A program made the translations under genes and the position numbers. From an uncultured Gammaproteobacteria bacterium (lineage in GTDB: Bacteria; Patescibacteriota; Patescibacteriia; JAHIZJ01): a stretch of DNA of 64,000 nucleotides. Shown piece after piece: positions 1-9,069 of this stretch. Positions within the stretch are counted from its first letter, which is position 1, and each line of letters begins with the position of its first letter. Location: assembly GCA_964371245.1 (NCBI GenBank), contig CAYJKP010000002.1, positions 102,960 through 166,959 on the forward strand, in the 5' to 3' direction. The notes below the pieces were generated by a model, which did no database searches, had not been told where the DNA came from, and saw only the letters and a list, made by a program, of their open reading frames with translations.

Positions 1-25
1 GGTTCGACTCCCTCCTCCGGCACCA
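1..25 (+). tRNA. 3' end of a tRNA truncated by the window start (T-arm, acceptor 3' strand, CCA)
   Basis: Sequence ggttcgactcc-ctcc-tccggc-a-cca shows the GGTTCGAnTCC T-loop consensus followed by 16 nt, which is 5 (T-stem) + 7 (acceptor) + discriminator + CCA. The 5' part lies outside the window, so identity is unknown. Confidence 0.5.
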
Positions 26-62
26 GCTGGCCTGGACAAAAATACAGAAATATCTGGAATAT

Positions 63-93
63 AAAAAAACCGGACGCGTGTCCGTGTTTTTTT
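63..93. terminator. Bidirectional rho-independent terminator hairpin between the tRNA (+) and the ABC transporter (-)
   Basis: aaaaaaaCCGGACgcgtGTCCGtgttttttt: a GC stem flanked by an A-run on one side and a T-run on the other. Confidence 0.5.
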
Positions 94-99
94 GATTCC

Positions 100-1848
100 T
101 TATGCTTCTGAAGCGGCGCTTTGTTGTCGCCAGAGGGCTGCGTACAGTCCGCCTCCGCGCAGCAACGTCTGATGGTTTCCCTGTTCAATAATTTTTCCTT
201 TTTCCAGGACATAAATCCGGTCCGCCCCTGCAATTGTTGAGAGCCGATGCGCGACGAGCACGGTAATAAGGTTTGGCCGCGTCGCCACCACCTGATCAAT
301 CGTTTCGGTGATCGCCTGCTCGGTGATCGAATCGAGGCTGCTGGTCGCTTCATCAAAAATTATCAGGTCGGGATTACGCAGGAGCGACCGGGCAATCGCC
401 AGCCGCTGTTTTTCGCCGCCGGATATTTTAATCCCGCCTTCGCCGATTTTCGTATCCAGCCCCAGTCCCCCGCGCTCAAGCAACGAGCTCGCGGCCGCGG
501 CTGCCAGCACCTGCCGGCATTCGTCGTCTGACGCGTGAGGATTGACGAAAAGCAAGTTTTCACGGATTGTGCCGGCAAAGAGCTGCGTATCTTGTGAGAC
601 AAGACCGATCTTTCGACGGTATGCCTCGAGATCAATATTGTTGAGGCGGGTGTTATTCACACGGACACTGCCGATCTGAGCCCCGTACAAACCGACGATG
701 AGCTTCATGATCGTTGTCTTACCTGAACCCGACGGCCCGACAAAGGCGACTTTTTCGCCTGCTTGGACGCGGAAGTTTATATCGGAGATGGCCGGCTGAC
801 TGGCGCTCTGATGCTGGTAGCACACGTGCTCGAACTCTATTGTTTGCAGCGGCCCGAGCGTTACTGCCTGAGCCGGTCTCGGCTCGGGTTTCATTATGAG
901 GACGGCCTCGAGAATTTCCACGCTCGCGCGCGCCTCTTGATATTGCGTCGCGACTTGGCCGAAATCGGCCAAGGGCGTAAAAATAAAGAAGGAATAGATA
1001 AACAAGCTGAACAGTTGGCCGATCGTGATTTTACCGTCAAACAATAGCCAGAGCATGAGGAGCAACAACGCTGAGCGCAGGGTGTTTACGAGCGTCCCCT
1101 GAATGAAACTTAATCGTCGAATCAAACGTATTTTTCGAAGCTCGAGACCGAGTATTTTTTCGTTAACTGCATTGAGCCGTTTAATTTCCTGCTCATCCAA
1201 GCCGAGACTCTTCACCAACTCAACATTCCGGATCGTCTCAGTGGTTGAACCGGCCAGGTCGGCTGTTTCGCGCACAACATTCTGCTGGGCCTGTTTCACG
1301 CTGCGGCTGATGAGATAGGTAACGCCGGAGATAATCGGGATAACAAGGAAAAAAAGAAGTCCAATCGTCCAGTGGACAATGGTTGCATAGATCAAAACAA
1401 AGACAACGCCGACGGCCGCGAAAAAGACTGTGCTGATGAGACTGGTAATCAGCGTCTGAGTATCGGTCCGGGCCTTCTGTAATTTTTGGAGGAGTTCACC
1501 GGAGCGCTGGTCTTCAAAAACGGAATACGGCAACGAGAGCGCGTGCTCAACGCTGGTGGCATACAGCCGCGTGCCGAGCCGTTGGGTGATAACGTTGGTG
1601 TAATAATCCTGGAAATTCTTCGCCACTCGAGAAACGAACGCCACTCCCATAGAGGCTAGCAGCCAAACGATAATGCCGCGGAAAAATTGACCGGCCGTAA
1701 AATGGCCGACCTGCTGGGCAAATCGGTCGATAATAATCCGGAAAATTTGCGGATCCAACAACGAAAAAACTTGGTTAACCGTGGCCAGGGCCAACGCTAA
1801 AACAAGTGTTTTCTTATACCGGCTGAGATATTTCCAAATAAACTTCAT
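100..1848 (-). CDS. ABC transporter, fused permease/ATP-binding protein (MsbA/exporter type)
   Basis: 582 aa with N-terminal TM helices, then Walker A GPSGSGKTT, ABC signature LSGGEKQRLAIARSLL and Walker B IIFDEATSSLD. Confidence 0.9.
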   Translation of the reverse strand: MKFIWKYLSRYKKTLVLALALATVNQVFSLLDPQIFRIIIDRFAQQVGHFTAGQFFRGIIVWLLASMGVAFVSRVAKNFQDYYTNVITQRLGTRLYATSVEHALSLPYSVFEDQRSGELLQKLQKARTDTQTLITSLISTVFFAAVGVVFVLIYATIVHWTIGLLFFLVIPIISGVTYLISRSVKQAQQNVVRETADLAGSTTETIRNVELVKSLGLDEQEIKRLNAVNEKILGLELRKIRLIRRLSFIQGTLVNTLRSALLLLMLWLLFDGKITIGQLFSLFIYSFFIFTPLADFGQVATQYQEARASVEILEAVLIMKPEPRPAQAVTLGPLQTIEFEHVCYQHQSASQPAISDINFRVQAGEKVAFVGPSGSGKTTIMKLIVGLYGAQIGSVRVNNTRLNNIDLEAYRRKIGLVSQDTQLFAGTIRENLLFVNPHASDDECRQVLAAAAASSLLERGGLGLDTKIGEGGIKISGGEKQRLAIARSLLRNPDLIIFDEATSSLDSITEQAITETIDQVVATRPNLITVLVAHRLSTIAGADRIYVLEKGKIIEQGNHQTLLRGGGLYAALWRQQSAASEA

Positions 1849-1909
1849 GTTTTTTCGAGATAATAGTATGAAAGATTATACCATATTCCAGGCGCGCCTT
1901 CCAGGCAGC

Positions 1910-1938
1910 TTGATTCTTTTGCTGAATTAGTATAGTAT
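1910..1938 (+). promoter_or_regulatory. Candidate sigma70 promoter upstream of the tRNA pair (TTGATT -35, about 17 nt spacer, TAGTAT -10)
   Basis: Hexamers read directly from the sequence. The -10 matches the consensus only partially. Confidence 0.25.
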
Positions 1939-1973
1939 ACAAATGCACTAAACAGAGTGTTTTTTCGTAACGA

Positions 1974-2049
1974 CGCGGGGTGGAGCAGTTGGCAGCTCGC
2001 AAGGCTCATAACCTTGAGGTCGCCGGTTCGAGTCCGGCCCCCGCACCCA
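1974..2049 (+). tRNA. tRNA-Met (anticodon CAT); the C1xA72 acceptor mismatch suggests a possible initiator
   Basis: Manual cloverleaf: acceptor cgcgggg/ccccgca with a C1-A72 mismatch, D-arm gagc-agttggca-gctc, anticodon stem caagg/ccttg with loop ctCATaa, T-arm gccgg-ttcgagt-ccggc, encoded CCA. Anticodon stem positions 29-31/39-41 carry only two of the three G-C pairs typical of initiators. Confidence 0.8.
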
Positions 2050-2139
2050 AGCCTTTTATTTCCATATATATTTTCCATCACCGTGTTGACGAGAAGCGCC
2101 GCCGAAACACAACAGGAGTCGCCACTCGCAATCACGCGT

Positions 2140-2216
2140 GCCAGGGTAGCTCAGTTGGTTAGAGCGTGGGACTCATAAGCCCAAGGTCGAGGGTTCGAAC
2201 CCCTCCCCTGGTACCA
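2140..2216 (+). tRNA. tRNA with CAT anticodon (elongator Met, or Ile2 if the anticodon is lysidinylated)
   Basis: Acceptor gccaggg/ccctggt, D-arm tagctcagttggttagagc (Ile/Ala-like), anticodon loop ctCATaa, T-arm gaggg-ttcgaac-ccctc, discriminator A, encoded CCA. Confidence 0.8.
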
Positions 2217-2240
2217 GGTACTATCATTAAATACTATATA

Positions 2241-2441
2241 ATGCTGAAAAAAGTCTTAACGATCGTTCTTGGTGTTATCGGCTTTTCGGCGATCGGCTAC
2301 GGTTTTTTTAAACCCGATATAAAAGGCAACGATCCAATATATTTTGCCTCGTTTGTCGCAATTGTCTTGGTTACACTCCTGCAAGCGTGGCCGGCAAGGA
2401 AGGTGGATAAAAAGAATAACGTCTCCTCGCAACTGCAATAA
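2241..2441 (+). CDS. Small membrane protein (hypothetical)
   Basis: The tracked ORF 2166-2441 overlaps the tRNA, so the start was trimmed to the ATG at 2241 (MLKKVLTIVLGVIGFSAIGYGFF...). Two predicted TM helices. Confidence 0.4.
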   Translation: MLKKVLTIVLGVIGFSAIGYGFFKPDIKGNDPIYFASFVAIVLVTLLQAWPARKVDKKNNVSSQLQ

Positions 2442-2477
2442 TACGACATTCTTCTTATTATCTGTTCACCCTAATAC

Positions 2478-3011
2478 ATGTTTCTTACTACTCACGCCGC
2501 CGCGGGCGTTCTGATTAGCCAGCGTTTTGAGTCGCCGGTGGTTGTTTTTTTTGTTTCAATCTTCATCCATTTTATCATGGACTTTATCCCCCACGGCGAT
2601 GAAATGCTCTACCAGGAGTGGGACGAGAAGAAGCGCCGTCGAGCAATTATACTGGGTCTCATCGACTTTATGCTGGTCGTGATCATGATTGGAGTGCTCT
2701 ACAAAACCACTGAACTACCGCGCTTTGCCTTGGTTTCGGCCGGTCTCGCTGGTTCGCTGCTGCCCGATCTCGTCTCCCATGTTTTTCCATGGATTCACCA
2801 AAAATTCCGTGAGGTCTTCATCTTCCGCTCGCTTGGCTTTTTAAAGAAGAAGATATTCCTACTCCATCCCCTCATGGAACGGCACAATATTCTACATGAC
2901 AAGTTTCATCAATTTTTCGACCAGTTCTTAGATTACCGGATCTCGCCGATTGCCGGTTTGGCGATCCAAGTGCTCATCGTCGCAGTGTTTTTAATCTCTG
3001 AATTTCGCTAA
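2478..3011 (+). CDS. Membrane protein, tandem paralog 1 (possible YdjM/DUF457-like membrane metal-dependent hydrolase)
   Basis: 177 aa. N-terminus MFLTTHAAAGVLISQ and motif DFIPHGDE, then hydrophobic segments. Paralogous to the next ORF. Confidence 0.4.
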   Translation: MFLTTHAAAGVLISQRFESPVVVFFVSIFIHFIMDFIPHGDEMLYQEWDEKKRRRAIILGLIDFMLVVIMIGVLYKTTELPRFALVSAGLAGSLLPDLVSHVFPWIHQKFREVFIFRSLGFLKKKIFLLHPLMERHNILHDKFHQFFDQFLDYRISPIAGLAIQVLIVAVFLISEFR

Positions 3012-3012
3012 T

Positions 3013-3522
3013 ATGTTTCTCACCGTTCATGCTTCGGCCGCTCTGTTAATCGGCCAAACAATGCACCAGCCCGTCTGGTCGTTTTTTTGTGCGCTCGGCT
3101 CGCATTATCTGCTTGATATAATCCCGCATGGGGATGAAGGGATCGGTTGGTGGATACACGGCCGGCCGAAACGTATTTGGTGGATTGGCCTGGTCGATCT
3201 CAGTGTTGTTTTCCTGCTGGTTATAATGTTTCTTCATTTTCGATCAACCGCAAACGTCTGGCCGTTTGTCTGGGCACTCATCGGTGCGCTCTTGCCAGAT
3301 TTCCTCTCGGAAACAAATTATCAAATACGCCAGGCCAGGGCGCCCCTTCATCGATTCGCCCATATGATCAACAAAATCCCTTTCTTTGACCGTTTCTTAT
3401 ATATACATAATTACTTTCATCATCGGCTTCATTGGCTGATTAAACGGCATCTTCCCTGGCGTCCGGGCCTATTTTTCCAATTCCTCTTGGCCGGTGCATT
3501 TTTTGGATTGGCGTTATTATAA
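3013..3522 (+). CDS. Membrane protein, tandem paralog 2 (same family as 2478-3011)
   Basis: 169 aa. MFLTVHASAALLIGQ and DIIPHGDE are conserved with the upstream ORF. Separated from it by only 1 nt. Confidence 0.4.
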   Translation: MFLTVHASAALLIGQTMHQPVWSFFCALGSHYLLDIIPHGDEGIGWWIHGRPKRIWWIGLVDLSVVFLLVIMFLHFRSTANVWPFVWALIGALLPDFLSETNYQIRQARAPLHRFAHMINKIPFFDRFLYIHNYFHHRLHWLIKRHLPWRPGLFFQFLLAGAFFGLALL

Positions 3523-3559
3523 AAAAAGAGGGGCAAGTTCCGAAGAACCCACCCCCGTA

Positions 3560-4924
3560 CTACATACCTGCGAGGACCGGCTCGTTCATCACGTGAACGA
3601 TGACACTTGCCGTTCCCCGATTGTCGAAATAGCAGCTGGTACCATCCGTGTCGGGCTGATAGCGATTATCACCCTGGCGGACGGTATCATTGATATCGAG
3701 CCACAGATACCCCTTGGCGTTGACCTGGACGTAGCCGACCAAGTCATCGCCCGGCGGAAAGGCTGGATACCAGTTGTCGCCGCGATCGCCGATCCGATAG
3801 ATCACCGATCCGGCCGGCGCCTCGAGGGTGTAGAACCATCTCGGCGCCCGGAAGATCCGAGGATAGGCCAGCTGTCCCTGATGGACGCAGCCTCGGACCG
3901 TGGCCGTGTAGATCTTCGTCGTGCCAGGGGTCACCTCCCGCAGCCACTCGTACTGCGTGGTGTCTGCTTCCTCGAAGGCGAGGTACTGGCCAGGGTTGAG
4001 CATGATCGGGATCGGGTGCGGTCCAGGGCTTCGCGTGTCAAACGTGACCTGATACCGCGTGTCGTCGATCTTCTGCGTCAGCGGCGGCGCGATGACTGAC
4101 CCGAGCGCTTGCCCGTAGAACCCAGTGACTGGCTTATGGGTCAGTGACGGGAAGCCGACCTTGACAAGGCCGGCGCCGCTCAAACCCAGCAGGGCCAGTG
4201 CGAGCATCATCGCGGGAACCAGTCGCGTCGCCCGGTTCATGCCCATGGCGACCAGCGAAAGGATGAAGCCAAGCAAGACCATCTGGGAAGCGCTCTCGAA
4301 GCCGAGCCAACCGCTGACCGTGTGGAACAGGATCTTCAGATACAGCGGCATGCTCGCGGTCAGTGGCGGGATCAAGACGGTACAGGCGAAGAAGATGACG
4401 GCCATTTGAATGATAGCCAGTCCCTCCTTTCCGCCCGGCAGGCTCGTCACCTTCCGCTTGATCATATACCGCGTGATCAGCCAGGCCATCATGAGCGTGA
4501 GCAGCGGAATCGCGAACTGCATGGACCTGTAGATGTTCCAGGCGGTGTCGGGGTTGAACCAGGGGTAGACTCTCTTGATCGCGGCGACGGCCGACTGGTA
4601 CTGTTCCGCCTGGCGCTGGAGCGCGGCGCCGACGTTCTCGGTCACCGGGTGGGTCTTGACGTAGACGATCTTGGCCCAGAGGGGCTGGTTGTCCACATCG
4701 ATGACCGACTGGTACTTCACATACCCGGGGATCGTGCAAACCGCGATGACGATGACGAAGAGCGGAACCACTACCCTGGTCAGCTTCGAGAAGAAGTAGT
4801 CGCCGAGCCCGACGTGCACCGGTTCGCCCGCGGTTGCCCTGGCTTTTCGTTTCTTGACCTCGACAATACTGAAGACCACCGTCAGAACATAGACGATGAT
4901 CAGGAGCCACCAGAACCATGACAT
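3560..4924 (-). CDS. Polytopic membrane protein with a C-terminal extracytoplasmic domain (hypothetical), in a GC-rich island
   Basis: 454 aa with several hydrophobic helices (LLIIVYVLTVVFSIV, VVPLFVIVIAVCTI, AIPLLTLMMAWLI and others). High GC3 codon usage, unlike the neighbouring genes. Confidence 0.5.
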   Translation of the reverse strand: MSWFWWLLIIVYVLTVVFSIVEVKKRKARATAGEPVHVGLGDYFFSKLTRVVVPLFVIVIAVCTIPGYVKYQSVIDVDNQPLWAKIVYVKTHPVTENVGAALQRQAEQYQSAVAAIKRVYPWFNPDTAWNIYRSMQFAIPLLTLMMAWLITRYMIKRKVTSLPGGKEGLAIIQMAVIFFACTVLIPPLTASMPLYLKILFHTVSGWLGFESASQMVLLGFILSLVAMGMNRATRLVPAMMLALALLGLSGAGLVKVGFPSLTHKPVTGFYGQALGSVIAPPLTQKIDDTRYQVTFDTRSPGPHPIPIMLNPGQYLAFEEADTTQYEWLREVTPGTTKIYTATVRGCVHQGQLAYPRIFRAPRWFYTLEAPAGSVIYRIGDRGDNWYPAFPPGDDLVGYVQVNAKGYLWLDINDTVRQGDNRYQPDTDGTSCYFDNRGTASVIVHVMNEPVLAGM

Positions 4925-4984
4925 ATCGTGTACCTCCGTTGAGTACGGAAGGGGCTACCCGGTTACGAGCAGCCCCGACCAGTT

Positions 4985-6880
4985 CTACTTGCTTGCCGGA
5001 GGAGGCGGGCCTGAACCTTTCGATTCATCCTTGCCTCCCTTTTCCTTTTCTTCCTTACCCTTGTCGCCACCGCCGCCCTTGCCCTTTCGTCCGATCAGTT
5101 CGGCCGTCAGAGCGCTGTTCACTTCCTGACCGCCACCAATGATGACGACGGCGCCGGGCGGCAGATGTGTCAGTGTGTCCTGTTGAACCAGTGCGGCAGC
5201 GAGATCACCTTGACCGAGATAGGCCTTGCCGCGTTTGTCGATGGCTGCTGCCTCGGCATCGGCCTTGATCCGTAGCGCCTTGCCTCTCTTGTCGGCTTCG
5301 TATTCGATACGTAACAGTTCCGCGTCCTTCTCATCGGACGGATTGACGTCCGTGATCGCCATGTCGGTGATCACGAACCCAAACCTCCGCAAGGAACGCA
5401 GCGCCTGGAGAACGCCCGCTTCGGCCGGCTTGAAGTTGACCCTGTCGCTATCCGGCTCCATCTCGAGTGTTACCGGTTCGCCCTTGGCACAGCGCGACAC
5501 CGTTGTTGAGAGCTTGTCCTTGTTGCCGTAGGCGGCGGTGAACGACAGTTTCCGGATCAACGACCGCATGAAATCGAGCAGGATCTGGACGACGGCGTGT
5601 TCCCAGTCGTCGACCTCATAGATCGCCCGATAGGGGTTGCGGATCCGGCCGAAAACGACAAAGCTGATAGACACAGCCGGCCCGCTCAGGGTTTCCGCTT
5701 TCGGAATGGTGATCTGGATGCGGATTTGCCCAAGCGAGAGGTCGGGTCGGAGTTTCCGTTCCTGGCACACGGGATGGCCCCTGGCATCGCTTGTCCAGAC
5801 CCCAGGCTCCCGAATCGGGCGGATGACGTCAAATCCGGGGATGCCAATCACCTGAACGCCACCAAGCAGTTTCGCCCGCGGCTTTTCAAACGTCGGACAA
5901 TCTTCGATCGCCCAACGAATGTGATGCGCCGGCAGACGAAGCTCAGGCGAGAACGCAGTTTCATCTTGAAGTTCGTCGAGCGTGATAATATCGTGTTGGT
6001 CGAACAGCTCGGTCCAGCCCCCAACCATCTCAAACGCAGCCAATACCTCGAGAACCTTGTGTCGAGGCTGGGTCAGTGCCCAAGTCCAGAAACTCTCGGC
6101 CAGTGCGCGTGCGCGCTCCATGTCGATCGGATCGGAGTCGGGCTTGTCTGTCAGCCAGTTGTCGACCAAAGCCTTGTCTTTCATCGCCCGCTTCAGCCGC
6201 TCGGACAGCCACGATTTTGAGCGCACCTCGTCAGGCGGTTTGTTACGTTTTGGCTGCGCCAGAACGAGGCTGAGAAGAAACATCAGGCCGTTCAGTTTGG
6301 CTGCCGCGTCGGACGTGACGTGGGTGCGGTTGCGGTACGCCCAGAGGATCCAGCGGAAGCGTTTCTCCCGCTCGACCACCCTGAACGTCGCTTCGTAGAC
6401 AGTGGTGAGCCCGTAGTCCGCCTTCACCATCGAATCGATCGCGCCCACGAGGAGCACGAAATAGATGATGATGGCGACGATCTCCGGAACGACGTGACCC
6501 CTGGCAGCGATCAGAATGGCTGTGATCACAACGACCGACATGAACAGAATGACCGACCAGTATGTCTTGCCCGGCCCGCTCACCGTCAGGTTGTTCTTGT
6601 AAAACAGCCCCAGTGCCTCCAGCCAGCCGACCGGGCGGCTGAGTTTCTGTCTCTGTTTGCGTCGATACCACCACCACCAGCCTCCGAAGAGGCCAGCGAG
6701 GATACCGACCACGAGCAGGGTCACGACCAGCTGCGTCAAACCGTGAGTAACGGTAGCCGCAGCAGACCGCAGGCCAACGAGTCTCAAAACAGCCAGTATC
6801 AGCACAATGGCCACGGCTGCAATGAACAGCGGATAGACAACCCGCAACACGCTCTGCCACCGAAACGTACGTCCGAACAT
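4985..6880 (-). CDS. SPFH/band-7 (stomatin/flotillin-like) domain protein with an extended N-terminal membrane domain
   Basis: 631 aa. N-terminal TM helices and a WWWWYRRKQRQK stretch. A central band-7-like core (IPGFDVIRPIREPGVW...SISFVVFGRIRNPYRAIYEV). A flotillin-like Ala/Glu-rich C-terminus (RIKADAEAAAIDKRGKAYLGQGDLAAAL) and a Gly/Lys/Glu-rich tail. Confidence 0.6.
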   Translation of the reverse strand: MFGRTFRWQSVLRVVYPLFIAAVAIVLILAVLRLVGLRSAAATVTHGLTQLVVTLLVVGILAGLFGGWWWWYRRKQRQKLSRPVGWLEALGLFYKNNLTVSGPGKTYWSVILFMSVVVITAILIAARGHVVPEIVAIIIYFVLLVGAIDSMVKADYGLTTVYEATFRVVEREKRFRWILWAYRNRTHVTSDAAAKLNGLMFLLSLVLAQPKRNKPPDEVRSKSWLSERLKRAMKDKALVDNWLTDKPDSDPIDMERARALAESFWTWALTQPRHKVLEVLAAFEMVGGWTELFDQHDIITLDELQDETAFSPELRLPAHHIRWAIEDCPTFEKPRAKLLGGVQVIGIPGFDVIRPIREPGVWTSDARGHPVCQERKLRPDLSLGQIRIQITIPKAETLSGPAVSISFVVFGRIRNPYRAIYEVDDWEHAVVQILLDFMRSLIRKLSFTAAYGNKDKLSTTVSRCAKGEPVTLEMEPDSDRVNFKPAEAGVLQALRSLRRFGFVITDMAITDVNPSDEKDAELLRIEYEADKRGKALRIKADAEAAAIDKRGKAYLGQGDLAAALVQQDTLTHLPPGAVVIIGGGQEVNSALTAELIGRKGKGGGGDKGKEEKEKGGKDESKGSGPPPPASK

Positions 6881-7069
6881 TGAGACACCTCCGTTTCATC
6901 CGTTTCAGGCTTTCGCCTCTATACCGTTTGGATACCCTGTATTTCCAAGCTTACCCGCTGATTACCGCTAGGTTAAGCGTTACTAAACTGAAGTCCGTAG
7001 ATAACATGTCAAACAGCGAGTCTGACCCGCGATAGTAGCAAATTGTTTTCGTTTTGTCAAGGTCTTTGG

Positions 7070-7106
7070 AAAACAAAAAATCGCCAAACTGGGACACGAG
7101 GCGATA
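7070..7106 (-). terminator. Rho-independent terminator downstream of lgt (minus strand)
   Basis: Minus-strand read: atcgcctcgtgtcccagtttggcgat followed by ttttttgtttt. Confidence 0.4.
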
Positions 7107-7110
7107 TGTC

Positions 7111-7944
7111 TTAGACCTTATTGGATTGCGGAGGTCTGACCAGAAAAATAACCAAAAGACCGCAGATTATCGTACCAATCGAAAACCACTGGCTCGGATG
7201 CAGGTTGAAATATGTCAGCGGGTCAGACCCAATCAGGTCGGTCGCCCGCCAAAAATCGGCGACGAAGCGGAAAATTCCATAGAGGATAAAAAACAGTCCG
7301 CTCAACCAGCCGGGCCGGTCCGCAATAAATGGCGCCTTGCGTAATCGCCAAAAAATCATAAACACAACTAGCCCAAAAATAATTTCGTAAAAAGCCATGT
7401 CGTGCCGGATCGTCCCATCGATTAATTTTACTCCCCACGGCACCGTGGTTAGCTTCCCGAGATGGTCGTGGACGAAAAAACAGCCGAGCCGGCCCACAGC
7501 CAGGCCGAGCGGCAGCGAAAAGATGATTGTATCGGCATGCTCCCAGAACGGACGCTTCTTTACCCTTAAATAGAGCCAGCCAGCAAAAACGGCACCGGCT
7601 AAACCGCCATAGATGCCAAGTCCGCCCTCCCAGAGCTTAACAATATCGAGCGGCTGGTTTTGAAATTGCGACCATTCGTTCAAGACATAAAAAATCCGGG
7701 CGCCAACAAAAGCCGACACGATAATCACAATCGCTAAATCAAGTATTGTCGATACGGATTGGTTTTTCCGCTTCGCCTCGGACATACTTACTAGGACGCC
7801 GACCAATAAGCCGGCCGCCACCAATAAACCCCAAACATTTATGGATATTGGGCCGAGGCTGAAAGAATCTATTTCAAAATATGGAATCATAGGAACATCG
7901 AATAAATAAAAAAACGCGTTGTCAGCGTCTTTTCTTTTCTTCAA
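7111..7944 (-). CDS. lgt: Prolipoprotein diacylglyceryl transferase
   Basis: 277 aa polytopic protein. Lgt-like motifs VKLWEGGLGIYGGLAGAV and GRLGCFFVHDHLG (compare GRLGNFING/GGLSFHGG in characterised Lgt). Confidence 0.6.
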   Translation of the reverse strand: MKKRKDADNAFFYLFDVPMIPYFEIDSFSLGPISINVWGLLVAAGLLVGVLVSMSEAKRKNQSVSTILDLAIVIIVSAFVGARIFYVLNEWSQFQNQPLDIVKLWEGGLGIYGGLAGAVFAGWLYLRVKKRPFWEHADTIIFSLPLGLAVGRLGCFFVHDHLGKLTTVPWGVKLIDGTIRHDMAFYEIIFGLVVFMIFWRLRKAPFIADRPGWLSGLFFILYGIFRFVADFWRATDLIGSDPLTYFNLHPSQWFSIGTIICGLLVIFLVRPPQSNKV

Positions 7945-7960
7945 CTACCCCGAACACATG

Positions 7961-8131
7961 CTACCCGTGAGCTTTCAGAAAAATATGGAGATGCTCTTTT
8001 TCCATAATCGCCCCGCACTTGCAGCGCTTCGGCTCATCCGCGCTCGCCCAGCACCAGGGACAAACGTACCGCTCGCGTGAGAGCAAGCGGGCTTTGGTCG
8101 GTTGTCGGCGATAGGAAACTTTTACTTTCAT
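7961..8131 (-). CDS. Small Cys4 zinc-ribbon protein (hypothetical, 56 aa)
   Basis: Hand translation of the minus strand gives MKVKVSYRRQPTKARLLSRERYVCPWCWASADEPKRCKCGAIMEKEHLHIFLKAHG, with CPWC...CKCG as a zinc-ribbon signature. Below the ORF-track length cutoff. Confidence 0.3.
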   Translation of the reverse strand: MKVKVSYRRQPTKARLLSRERYVCPWCWASADEPKRCKCGAIMEKEHLHIFLKAHG

Positions 8132-8245
8132 ACTGCCATCAATACTACAATCTCCTAGAAATGCTGGAAGTTGATGGACTGTTGAAAAGACGTAAAAACT
8201 GTGTATGAAACTGTTGAAAAGATCGTTCTTTTGGCCAATGACAGC

Positions 8246-9019
8246 TTAATTCAGCGTCGCCGTGTTTGTTTCGGTGAGATCGAGGTTTGCCGGATTTAGC
8301 TCTGGAATAAACTGGTCGAGAAGATCATAGAAATCTTGCTTGCTCAACGCACCCTCAATCCGATACCCATTAATAAACATTGTCGGCGTTCCCTGGACAT
8401 GAGCAGCCAATCCTTCTTGGTAATCTGTTTTTACCTGCTCGGCATATTTTTGGCCCTCAAGACAACCAGTAAACGTGGTGACGTTTAGTCCAGTTCCTTG
8501 GGCTAGGGTGATGAGACTCGCTTGATCATTCGCCTCCGGCTGCAACCAGTACCGATCGTGAAAAAGCCAAAACTTCCCTTGCTCGTGGGCGCATTTGCCC
8601 GCTTCCGCCAGTCGAACAGAGGTAGCGTCAGTTTGATCGACGAAATCCCGATAGATCAACCGTACACTCGTTCCGTATTCAGAGGCTATCTCGCGAACAA
8701 TTTGGCCGGTTGCCTGACACTCCGCGCAGGCAAAATCCGAGAACTCTACAATGACAACCAGGGGGTTTATTTCACCGATGGCCGGACGATCAGCTGCCTC
8801 AACCTCCCGGTGCCGATCGAGTGACAGTCGGTCCACCGCCGAAACTGTTTGCGATTGACGCGCGTCGGCTGGCGTTTTCGTATTAAATAAATGATTCGAC
8901 CAGAGGATGACGCCAAGACCGAGCAGGGACAATCCAATGACGAGCAACAACAACCCCCACCGACGGAATTGCCGTGATGAGGGTTTATTGATTTGACGTG
9001 TATTCGTTTGCTCGGCCAT
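8246..9019 (-). CDS. DsbA-family thiol:disulfide oxidoreductase, membrane-anchored
   Basis: 257 aa. N-terminal TM (WGLLLLVIGLSLLGLGVILW), then a thioredoxin fold with VVIVEFSDFACAECQ (E-F-x-D-F-x-CxxC). Confidence 0.7.
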   Translation of the reverse strand: MAEQTNTRQINKPSSRQFRRWGLLLLVIGLSLLGLGVILWSNHLFNTKTPADARQSQTVSAVDRLSLDRHREVEAADRPAIGEINPLVVIVEFSDFACAECQATGQIVREIASEYGTSVRLIYRDFVDQTDATSVRLAEAGKCAHEQGKFWLFHDRYWLQPEANDQASLITLAQGTGLNVTTFTGCLEGQKYAEQVKTDYQEGLAAHVQGTPTMFINGYRIEGALSKQDFYDLLDQFIPELNPANLDLTETNTATLN

Positions 9020-9069
9020 GCGAAACCTCCCTTTAACCGACTGTCTTCGCTCGGTTCTCGCGTCCGAGA

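Noticed and set aside
2166-2441. ORF-track start at 2166 for the small membrane protein
   Set aside because: That start lies inside the second CAT tRNA (2140-2216), so the start was moved to the internal ATG at 2241.
3494-6899. Many long ORFs on both strands (for example 3494-4099+, 4134-4919-, 4322-4921+, 5597-6220+, 6243-6899-, 6320-6883+) overlapping the 454-aa membrane protein and SPFH genes
   Set aside because: These are the expected artefact of high-GC DNA (few stop codons in non-coding frames). Their translations are Arg/Pro/Gly-rich low-complexity, and each is fully covered by a better-supported gene in another frame.
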